DNA from: Planctomycetota bacterium
Lineage (GTDB): Bacteria > Planctomycetota > UBA11346
Assembly: GCA_017302815.1 (NCBI GenBank)
Contig: JAFLCQ010000005.1
Span: 1 to 37,726, forward strand
Reading direction: 5' to 3'
DNA: 37,726 nucleotides
This document shows positions 26,096 to 33,771 of the stretch, in pieces. Both the position numbers and the translations under genes were made by a program. How positions within the stretch are numbered: the stretch's first letter is position 1; every line of letters starts with the position of its first letter. Below the pieces are notes generated by a model, which did no database searches, was not told the origin of the DNA, and saw only the letters and a list, made by a program, of their open reading frames with translations.

Positions 26096-26255
26096 GCAGC
26101 CATCCTGTTCAGCGTCGTTCCATGATGGCCCACTGTGCGGGACGAGTTGGCATGTTCAATGTGGATGCGCAGGTACACATTGCCGAGCAGCGGTTGACTG
26201 GTGGTCGCGGACTGTGCATCGTTACGAGTTCATCCCCTGCCAGCAAGGGCGCGAC

Positions 26256-27095
26256 ATGTCCACCATCGCGGATCTGCGACACGACCATCGACATCTGATG
26301 TCGATCGCGGTTTCCTTGTCTGCAGCACAATTGCTGTCAGCGACGGATGTTGACCGGCTGCGCTACCGTGTTGATAGCTTGTGTCAGCATCTTGCCGATC
26401 ACCTGGCTCGCGAGGCGCATTGCTTCGACAGCATCGCTTCGAGCATCGCCGGAAAGGCACGCTTGGCCGAGGCGGAGGCAGTCGATAAACTCGTCGCCAC
26501 TTTCTCCGCCAGGTGGCGACAGACCGGCGCGATCGAATCAGACCCGTGCGGCTACGCTCAGGCAGTCACCGACCTGCGCCTGCGTCTCGACCGTCTGGTC
26601 CGCCTCGAAGAGGACTGCATGTTCATGCTGCTGGATGGCGGGCATGCCGGCCACATGGTGCTGTACGCGGCCGAATGCCGTTGCCCAGTTATCCGTTCAG
26701 CCTTGGGACGGACTATTGCGGCTCTCGACGCCCTGCGCGTCGACGTGGTGGCCGGGCATACCGCCATCCCGCAGCGCATCAGCCGTCTGGGTGAAGCCGT
26801 GAAAGAACTCTTCGCCTGCGAATCCCAAGCAATGGCGACATGCATGCCGGCCGGGCCGATGGACTTGGTCGGTGAGGGCGCGCGACTGCTCACCATGCTG
26901 CAGGAAGTCTCCAACGATGCCACTGCTGGGCGCTTGCGCATCGCTGTCGAATCCATTGATTTCATTAGCCGCTGGCTCCATGTGCATGTGACCGAATGCA
27001 TGGCCCAGCTCGCCCACTACGGCTACCAGCAGCCCACCGTCAGCCCTGATACCGCATCAGCGGACACACTGACACCGACCCCCACCGATCACTGA
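26256..27095 (+). CDS. Two-domain hemerythrin-like protein (N-terminal HHE-like, C-terminal degenerate bacteriohemerythrin-like)
   Basis: MSTIADLRHDHRHLM..., LVRLEEDCMF. C-terminal half contains FACESQAM and ISRWLHVHVTECM. Start set at the ATG at 26256 because the longer ORF overlaps the Rrf2 gene. Confidence 0.55.
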   Translation: MSTIADLRHDHRHLMSIAVSLSAAQLLSATDVDRLRYRVDSLCQHLADHLAREAHCFDSIASSIAGKARLAEAEAVDKLVATFSARWRQTGAIESDPCGYAQAVTDLRLRLDRLVRLEEDCMFMLLDGGHAGHMVLYAAECRCPVIRSALGRTIAALDALRVDVVAGHTAIPQRISRLGEAVKELFACESQAMATCMPAGPMDLVGEGARLLTMLQEVSNDATAGRLRIAVESIDFISRWLHVHVTECMAQLAHYGYQQPTVSPDTASADTLTPTPTDH

Positions 27096-27110
27096 ACCGA
27101 CAGGAACACC

Positions 27111-27752
27111 ATGCCCAGCTGCCATGCCCATCTCCCTCCGCTCGACCTGGAGCGCCTGAGCGCAGTCAGCGTTCTGCACGGCGAACACCGCATCATCTTG
27201 CGTCTGCTCGACTGCCTCGACCTCATGGCCGAGCGTGCTGCCAAAGCGCATGCCATGCCGGTTCTAGAGGCACGTGACGTCATCGCCGTGCTGCGCGGCT
27301 TCGCGGACGAGTGCCATCATGCCAAGGAGGAGCGAATCCTGTTCCCGGCGCTCGAACGCCTGGCTCCGGGCTTCGGTCCGGTGCAGGTCATGCGTCATGA
27401 GCACGACCTGGGCCGCGACCATGTCCGCGGCATGGCCATCGCCGTGGACGCGGTCGATGTAGCAGGCTTCGTCCAGGACGCGCAGGCCTTCAGCGGGCTG
27501 CTGCGGCAGCATATCGACAAGGAGAACGAAGTGCTCTTCCCCATGGCGCAGGCCATGCTCTCAGCTGAAGACGATGCCGCCATCCTGAACGCCTACCGTG
27601 AGGCTGGTCGCGAACGTCCGTGCGGCCCCCTGCTGGCCCGGGTCGATAGCCTCGCCGGCACCTACGGATTCGCCTCCATCGGTGAGTCACCAGAGTGCAC
27701 GCCACGCCACGCCTTGTGCGGATGCGGATCCGGATCTGGTATCTGCCGATGA
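27111..27752 (+). CDS. Hemerythrin-domain protein with an N-terminal MPSCH and a C-terminal Cys-rich tail
   Basis: LHGEHRIIL, ECHHAKEERILFPALE, VMRHEHDLGRD, HIDKENEVLFPMA. Tail is CGCGSGSGIC. Paralog of 36348-36995. Confidence 0.8.
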   Translation: MPSCHAHLPPLDLERLSAVSVLHGEHRIILRLLDCLDLMAERAAKAHAMPVLEARDVIAVLRGFADECHHAKEERILFPALERLAPGFGPVQVMRHEHDLGRDHVRGMAIAVDAVDVAGFVQDAQAFSGLLRQHIDKENEVLFPMAQAMLSAEDDAAILNAYREAGRERPCGPLLARVDSLAGTYGFASIGESPECTPRHALCGCGSGSGICR

Positions 27753-28417
27753 CGGAACTGCTCGACATGACTGTCGGCGATGTAGCTCTCCGGTTGCCAG
27801 GAGCGAACCGGGTGCTCTGGCGCCACGGCATCGCCTATGGCAGCTGGGGCCAGCGCACCCTTCGGGACTCGTGCCAACATCTCGGCGTCGATCTACAACT
27901 GATCGAGCGAGATATCGACAGCGCCGCCGATCCGCTCGCCATCCGTTGGCAGGCAATGGAGACGGCAGATCTCGTGCGCGTGATGCAGGTGCGCTATCAC
28001 GAGCCGTTGCTGGGCGAACTAGACCGCCTGACCCGCCAAGCTCGAACAACGGCCATTGCCGATCGGGGACAGCATCCGATCCTGATGATCATCGCGCCGC
28101 TGGTTGCCCGTCTCGCCATTGAACTGGCAGACCGGATCAACCACGAAGAGCGGACCGTGTTCCCAGCCATCCTCGCCAAGACCGCTGTTCCCGTCGTGCC
28201 ACAGGCGACTCCAACCGATGTGCAAGCGATACCTGGACAACTGCTTGATGATATCCGTACCCTGACCGGTGGCTACGTGTACCGGGGTACGGATGGCGAT
28301 ACCGGCATCCGCCCACTGTACCTCGGCCTGCAGATGCTGGACATGGACATCCAGGAGCACCTGCACGTCGAGAACCACCTGCTGTTCCCACGGGCCCGCT
28401 CACAGGGACAGGCGTGA
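27749..28417 (+). CDS. RIC/YtfE-like di-iron protein lacking the N-terminal Cys pair
   Basis: ScdA_N-like N-terminus VGDVALRLPGANRVLWRHGIAYGSWGQRTL (SW replaces CC). C-terminus HEERTVFPAI and DIQEHLHVENHLLFPRA. ATGA overlap with the upstream gene. Confidence 0.7.
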   Translation: MTELLDMTVGDVALRLPGANRVLWRHGIAYGSWGQRTLRDSCQHLGVDLQLIERDIDSAADPLAIRWQAMETADLVRVMQVRYHEPLLGELDRLTRQARTTAIADRGQHPILMIIAPLVARLAIELADRINHEERTVFPAILAKTAVPVVPQATPTDVQAIPGQLLDDIRTLTGGYVYRGTDGDTGIRPLYLGLQMLDMDIQEHLHVENHLLFPRARSQGQA

Positions 28418-28851
28418 TCGCTCCCCGGTTCCCGCTGTGCGACCTGCTGCGCCGAGAGCACAGACTGCTCCGCCTCGCGTTGATGGCCAGCTATGTGGGC
28501 GAGGCCACCTCGTCGGCGACCACTGACGATGCCGAAGAAGTACGCTCGTTCATCATCGGCCATCTCCACTTCGAGGATCGCATGGTGGTACCAGCCATAC
28601 GGACCTGGCTGCCGCGTGACTGGCTGACTGGCGATGCGCGATTGGTCGAAAGCTGGTGCCAGGCCAGGTCACGTCGCGATAGCAACAGCGTCCGACGTGC
28701 CTTGGCGGCCATTTCACGGCGCATCGCCGACGAGGAGCGCGTGTTGCTGCCACTGATCGAACTGCATATCGCTGTCGATGAGCAGCATGACCTGATCGAT
28801 AAGTTGCAATTCGCTACACGGCGCGAGCACATGCGATTCGTCGACGCCTAA
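28414..28851 (+). CDS. Hemerythrin HHE-like domain protein (145 aa, GTG start)
   Basis: LLRREHRLL, IIGHLHFEDRMVVPAI, IADEERVLLPLIE. GTGA overlap with the upstream stop. Confidence 0.55.
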   Translation: MIAPRFPLCDLLRREHRLLRLALMASYVGEATSSATTDDAEEVRSFIIGHLHFEDRMVVPAIRTWLPRDWLTGDARLVESWCQARSRRDSNSVRRALAAISRRIADEERVLLPLIELHIAVDEQHDLIDKLQFATRREHMRFVDA

Positions 28852-28902
28852 ACGCGGGCCAATCGGCACCGCCATTTCTTCCATGCAGGAATACAGGACA
28901 TC

Positions 28903-29310
28903 ATGATCACCTTGTCTGCTCGTTACGCCATCAAGGCCGTGATGCATCTGGCTCGTATCGACGGTTGGGTCGGAGCTGAGGAACTCGCCAGGAGCACTGG
29001 AATACCCTGCGGGTACCTCGCGAAGGTCCTGCAGCGGCTTACCATGGTGGACATTCTGCGAACTCAACGTGGCATTGGTGGCGGATATCGCCTGCTACGC
29101 GAGGCCAGCACGATTTCCCTCTGGGATATCGTCCAAGCCATCGACCGTCCCGCTGCTGGCCACACCTGCCATTCATGTGCCAACTGCCTGGGTTGCGGCG
29201 CCGATCAGGTCCTTGCTGCGATCGAAGCTGATGTGGTGCGTTCGCTCCGCGCCCATGACATCGGCACGATGGTCGCGATGTGCCGAGATCACGCCACGAA
29301 TCGCCCGTGA
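28903..29310 (+). CDS. Rrf2-family transcriptional regulator (paralog 3)
   Basis: MITLSARYAIKAVMHLA...CGYLAKVLQRLTMVDILRTQRGIGGGYRLLRE. Cys motif C-x2-C-x2-C-x2-C. Confidence 0.85.
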   Translation: MITLSARYAIKAVMHLARIDGWVGAEELARSTGIPCGYLAKVLQRLTMVDILRTQRGIGGGYRLLREASTISLWDIVQAIDRPAAGHTCHSCANCLGCGADQVLAAIEADVVRSLRAHDIGTMVAMCRDHATNRP

Positions 29311-29568
29311 TCCGTTTCACCATTCCATCGACGGAAGACGCAGAACCCATAAGCCGGTGTGCGTCACTTCGATTGCCGACCTGCTCTTCAAACGTACTAG
29401 GCTGGCATTGGACCCAAGGCGGATCAACGCGCCTTCACCAAGCCATCCAACTCGGCGGATAACGGGATCCATATGTCCGGCTGTGTGATAAGGCCCTGGT
29501 GATGGACGTCTTGTAGAGGCGGTCATCGACACGTGCTCTGTCGGAACTCGAACGGTTGCCACCTCCAG

Positions 29569-29582
29569 TTGATCTAGATCAA
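29569..29582 (+). promoter_or_regulatory. Perfect FNR/DNR/NNR (CRP-FNR family) box TTGATCTAGATCAA
   Basis: 10/10 match to TTGAT-N4-ATCAA, centred ~56 bp upstream of the ATG at 29632. TGATAA -10-like element at about 29607-29612. AGGAG SD at 29621-29625. Confidence 0.7.
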
Positions 29583-29631
29583 GGCGGGCGGGCAACCGGA
29601 TCCACATGATAACGCTTCTCAGGAGCTCGCC

Positions 29632-29856
29632 ATGCCGCTAGATCCGGACCAGACCGTCGCCGTACTCATCGACCGCCATCCGTGGTTGCTCCAGGCCCTG
29701 GTCGACCAGGGATTCACCCCGTTGGCAAATCCGGCTGTCCGCCAGGTGATGGCGTCAACCACCACCCTACGTGAAGCAGCCAAGCGGCATGGCCATGATC
29801 TGTCAGGCCTGCTCGCTGCGCTGGAGGCCGCCGCTCCCCGGGAATTCAAGTCATGA
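29632..29856 (+). CDS. DUF1858-domain small protein
   Basis: 74 aa, TVAVLIDRHPWLLQALVDQGFTPLANPAVRQVMASTTTLREAAKRHGHDLSGLLAAL fits the DUF1858 pattern. ATGA overlap with the DUF438 gene, its usual partner. Confidence 0.7.
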   Translation: MPLDPDQTVAVLIDRHPWLLQALVDQGFTPLANPAVRQVMASTTTLREAAKRHGHDLSGLLAALEAAAPREFKS

Positions 29857-31058
29857 GTGAACTCATCAACAACCGCGAACACCGCGTCGCCACCCTCAAG
29901 CAGATCGTCCTCGACCTGCACGCCGGCGCCGACATGGCCTCGGTCAAACACCGCATGAAGGAACTGGTCGGCCAATGCGATGCTGGCGAGATCGCTGCCA
30001 TGGAGCAGCAACTCATGGCCGACGGCATCCAGGTGCACCAGATCATGGGCATGTGCGACCTGCACCGTGAGGCCGTGTCGGAGGTGCTGGCGCCCGACCG
30101 CACGCCGCTGCCGCCCGGACATCCCGCCGATGTGTTGCACCAGGAGAACGCTGCCCTCACCGTCCATGTCCAGGAGTTGCGCCGGCTGCTGACTGCGGCG
30201 GCTGCGCCCGGTGCCGATCCAGCCATGCAATTCGGCCTGCGGCAGGCCTTCAATCTGCTGATGGACCTCGACAAGCATTACCAGCGCAAGGAGCACTGCT
30301 TCTTCAGCATGCTGGAGCGCCACGGCATCGACGGACCGAGCAAGGTGATGTGGGCCAAGGATGACGAGGTCCGGGCTGCTCTGAAGGAGTTCGCCGCTGC
30401 GCTGGCCCTTGACGGCGCCTGGGACCGCATCACCCCGGCCGGGATGCGTGCCTGCGAGCTGGTCGAAGCAATGGTCCGGCGCGAGGAGGACATCCTCATT
30501 CCCATGTGCTTATCGGTCTTCACCGCGGACGACTGGGCGCGCATCCATGCAGACAGCCCGCAATATGGCTGGTGCTTGATCGAGCCGCGTCGCGGTTGGC
30601 AGCCAGCAGCCGCCGTCCCCGGTCCAGACGGAGCAGCCCTGCCCGTCGGCACGGGCATCGACCTCGCTACCGGCGTGCTCACTGCGCAGCAGCTCATCGC
30701 CCTCTTCCGCCACCTACCCGTGGATATCACCTTCGTCGACCACGAAGACCGCGTGCGCTTTTTCAGCGAAGGCCCGAATCGCGTCTTCGCCCGCACCCCG
30801 ATCATCATCGGCCGACTGGTGCAGCATTGCCACCCGCCCAAGAGCGTCGATATCGTCGAGCGCATCCTGCACGACTTCCGTGGCGGTCGGCAGTCCAAGG
30901 CGGAGTTCTGGATCGACTTCAAGAACCGCTTCGTGCACATCCAGTACTTCGCCATGCGCGGCGCCGATGGCACCTACCTCGGCTGCCTGGAGGTGACGCA
31001 GGACGCCAGCCATGTCCGAGCCCTGACCGGCGAGCGCCGCCTGCTGGCCTACGATTAA
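29853..31058 (+). CDS. DUF438 / hemerythrin / PAS-domain protein
   Basis: N-terminus LKQIVLDLHAGADMASVKHRMKELVGQCDAGEIAAMEQQLMADG (DUF438). HYQRKEHCFFSMLERHGIDGPSKVMWAKDDEVR (hemerythrin). C-terminus LPVDITFVDHEDRVRFFSEG...GRLVQHCHPPKSVDIVERIL...FWIDFKNRFVHIQYFA...LEVTQDASHVRALTGERRLL (PAS). Confidence 0.88.
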   Translation: MSELINNREHRVATLKQIVLDLHAGADMASVKHRMKELVGQCDAGEIAAMEQQLMADGIQVHQIMGMCDLHREAVSEVLAPDRTPLPPGHPADVLHQENAALTVHVQELRRLLTAAAAPGADPAMQFGLRQAFNLLMDLDKHYQRKEHCFFSMLERHGIDGPSKVMWAKDDEVRAALKEFAAALALDGAWDRITPAGMRACELVEAMVRREEDILIPMCLSVFTADDWARIHADSPQYGWCLIEPRRGWQPAAAVPGPDGAALPVGTGIDLATGVLTAQQLIALFRHLPVDITFVDHEDRVRFFSEGPNRVFARTPIIIGRLVQHCHPPKSVDIVERILHDFRGGRQSKAEFWIDFKNRFVHIQYFAMRGADGTYLGCLEVTQDASHVRALTGERRLLAYD

Positions 31059-31116
31059 CACTCGCCTGGCAGCGCTGTTGCACGCCAACGGCCCTCCATC
31101 GCGGCCAGCTAGGCCT

Positions 31117-32451
31117 TCAACCCGCAGCACCCCCATCCGTTCCCTCACGCCGACGCATCCCGGTGCACCCGTCGGCCACTCCTTCCCCGGTAATCAGGCG
31201 CGCATTCCGGTTTCTGGTTAGATAGTGCCAGGCCCACTGGGTCAAGACCAGCAGGCGATTCTCGAACCGCACCAGGGCCATGAGGTGGACGAACAGCCAT
31301 GCCAACCAAGCGATGGTCCCCGATAGCTGCCAGCGACCCACCTGGGCAACAGCCAGTCGCCGTCCAATGGTCGCCATGCTTCCCTTGTCGCGATAGCTGA
31401 ATGGCGGACTCCCACGCTGGCGCAGACGTGCGCAGATGACCTGGGCGACATAGGCACCCTGCTGCATGGCCACCGGGGCAGTGCCGGGCAGAGGCTTCTG
31501 CGCGAGCCCTCCGAAACGAGCAAGATCTCCGATGACAAAGACGTTGCCATAACCGGGAACGGAGCAGTCCGGCGCGACCACCACCCGTCCTGCGGGGTCA
31601 AGCGTGGCGCCGGTTGCCGTGGCAATCTCCGCACCCAGGCTGGACCCCTGGACACCAGCCCCCCACAGCACGGTGTGTGTTGCCACCCGTTCCCCGCCCT
31701 GCTGATGTCGCAAGAGGACTCCCTTGCCATCCAACTCGACGACACTTGTTCCGGTGCGAACCGTCACACCAAGCTGAGCCAAGGCCGCCGTGGCATTGGC
31801 CGAGGCTTTCTCCTCATAGCCCGCCAAAATCCGCGGTCCGGCCTCCACGAGCAGTATCCGGGCTGTACCAGTGTCGATATGGCGGAATTCCCGTCGCAGC
31901 GTGTGCCGGGCGATTTCGGCCAAGGCTCCGGCCAGTTCAACCCCGGTTGGCCCACCGCCTACGACCACGAATGTCAGCAGCGCGTCACGTCTGCTTGGGT
32001 TATCCTCGCGTTCGGCGGCCTCAAACGCGGAAAAGATGCGCCGACGCATATTGGTTGCATCTTCGATGGTCTTCAAGCCAGGCGCATTCGGCTCCCATTC
32101 CGGGTGTCCGAAATAATGATGCCGTGCCCCAGCGGCGATGATCAGCGAATCATAGGATACCGAACCGTCCGAGAGCCGGAGGATGTTGCGGTCAGCATCA
32201 AGACCGACAGCCACGGCCAACATCACTCGGGTATTGGCATGGCTTCGAACCAGGGCGCGCAGCGGTGAGGCAATGTTCGCTGGCGACAACGCTCCGGTGG
32301 CCACCTGGTACAGCAACGGCTGGAAAACATGAAAGTTGCGCTGATCGATCAGCGTGACGGTCACCGGTGATCGGCCGAGAGCCAAGGCTGCCTGCAGTCC
32401 GCCAAACCCACCGCCGACGATGACGACATGATGGCTTCGGGATGCTGTCAT
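31117..32451 (-). CDS. ndh: Type II NADH:quinone oxidoreductase (NDH-2) / FAD-dependent pyridine nucleotide-disulfide oxidoreductase
   Basis: Start MTASRSHHVVIVGGGFGGLQAA..., NFHVFQPLLYQVATG, second dinucleotide fold FVVVGGGPTGVELAG. Confidence 0.85.
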   Translation of the reverse strand: MTASRSHHVVIVGGGFGGLQAALALGRSPVTVTLIDQRNFHVFQPLLYQVATGALSPANIASPLRALVRSHANTRVMLAVAVGLDADRNILRLSDGSVSYDSLIIAAGARHHYFGHPEWEPNAPGLKTIEDATNMRRRIFSAFEAAEREDNPSRRDALLTFVVVGGGPTGVELAGALAEIARHTLRREFRHIDTGTARILLVEAGPRILAGYEEKASANATAALAQLGVTVRTGTSVVELDGKGVLLRHQQGGERVATHTVLWGAGVQGSSLGAEIATATGATLDPAGRVVVAPDCSVPGYGNVFVIGDLARFGGLAQKPLPGTAPVAMQQGAYVAQVICARLRQRGSPPFSYRDKGSMATIGRRLAVAQVGRWQLSGTIAWLAWLFVHLMALVRFENRLLVLTQWAWHYLTRNRNARLITGEGVADGCTGMRRREGTDGGAAG

Positions 32452-32677
32452 GGGGACCACGCTAGCACTGGCGCTCCGAACCCGATTGCGGTGAACACCC
32501 CAGAGCATTCTGACGCCCCGTTTGATCTCACCGAAACAACGAGGCACGAAGCGAGGGATGGGCCACTCGGGGCTGATTGGGAGGTGTTCAGGGTTGAGCT
32601 GTTGCTTGCCGTCCGCTGGCACCAGTTGGGGAAAGAGCTGGCTTCGACAGGGGCTACGTCGGTTGAGCCGGATTTCA

Positions 32678-33751
32678 TCAGGCCGCAGGCGGCATGTAGA
32701 TGCAAGTCGGATCCGATCCGCAGGCATCGCCGGTCAGCGCGTAGGTCCTGCTGCGACTGCCACCGCACATGTGCTGGAAGGAGCAGCGGCCGCATTTTCC
32801 GGTAAACCGTTCTGGAGTGCGCAGTCCGATGAAGGTCGGGTGGGTGCGGTAGACCGTGGCGAGGTCGTCCTCGCGCACATTTCCGCACGGCAGGGGGAGG
32901 AATCCGGACGGACAGATGACCCCGCAGTGATCGATGAAGAGGAAGCCGTTGCCATCATTGACGCCAAGGCCGCGTCGAGCCGCCGGCGGCAGACCGCGAC
33001 GGCGTCGCTCCTGCTCCAGCACGCGGTAGTAGGGCTGTCCGGCGGTGGTCTTGATGGTGATGGCGTTGGCCGAATCGAGCGCGATCGCCGCCAAGTCGAG
33101 GTAGGTCCGCTCGTGCTCCAGCGCAGTCGGGACGAGATCGGCGCCAACCGCGCGGCCGGTCGGGACCATGACGAAGACCGACCACAGGCTGACGCCCAGG
33201 AAGCGGGCCAGCGCCGCCAGTTCGTGCAACTGGTGACGGTTGTGCGTGCCGATCGAACTGTTGATCTGGATCTCCAGGCCGCGCGATCGGGCGTGCTCGA
33301 GGATGGCGATCGAGCGCGCAAAGGTTCCGGACACGCCGCGGAACTGGTCGTGGGTGGTGGCATCGGCCCCGTCGATGCTGATCGCCAGTCGACTCAGGCC
33401 AGCGGCGTGCAGGCGGTCTACCGCCTCCGGGGTCAGCAGCGGTGTCGCCGAAGGGGTGAGCCCCACCTCCAGGCCGAGCGAGGCGGCGTGGGTGACCATG
33501 CCGGCCATGCCCTGGCGCTTGAGCGGATCGCCACCGGTAATGACGAAGAGCGGCGACCCGAAGGCGCTGTGCACGCGGTCGATCATCGCCCGCGCTTCAT
33601 GGTCGGTCAGCTCACCCGCGGCAGCCTCGGACTGCGCCTCGGCACGGCAGTGCCGACAGGCGAGATCGCAGGCGCGGGTCGCCTCCCAGATCACGATCAT
33701 GGGCGAGACCGAGAAGTCAGGGCGCATGGTCGTGATCATGGGAGGCCTCAT
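32678..33751 (-). CDS. Radical-SAM protein with a C-terminal SPASM-type Cys cluster (NirJ/AhbD-like branch)
   Basis: CDLACRHC (CxxxCxxC), FVITGGDPL, and a C-terminal CGVICPSG...GKCGRCSFQHMCGGSRSR...CGSDPTC. Start could instead be an internal Met (33739 or 33727). Confidence 0.85.
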   Translation of the reverse strand: MRPPMITTMRPDFSVSPMIVIWEATRACDLACRHCRAEAQSEAAAGELTDHEARAMIDRVHSAFGSPLFVITGGDPLKRQGMAGMVTHAASLGLEVGLTPSATPLLTPEAVDRLHAAGLSRLAISIDGADATTHDQFRGVSGTFARSIAILEHARSRGLEIQINSSIGTHNRHQLHELAALARFLGVSLWSVFVMVPTGRAVGADLVPTALEHERTYLDLAAIALDSANAITIKTTAGQPYYRVLEQERRRRGLPPAARRGLGVNDGNGFLFIDHCGVICPSGFLPLPCGNVREDDLATVYRTHPTFIGLRTPERFTGKCGRCSFQHMCGGSRSRTYALTGDACGSDPTCIYMPPAA

Positions 33752-33771
33752 GTGGAGCTCCTTGATTCAAC

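Noticed and set aside
26148-26163. A sigma-54-like element TGGCATGTTCAATGTG upstream of the hemerythrin operon.
   Set aside because: The GG at -24 is present, but the -12 position reads GT instead of the near-invariant GC.
26007-27095. The 362-aa version of the first hemerythrin-operon ORF.
   Set aside because: Its N-terminal 83 residues overlap the Rrf2 gene (25691-26095) on the opposite strand and its promoter region. The ATG at 26256 gives a protein that begins at the first hemerythrin motif.
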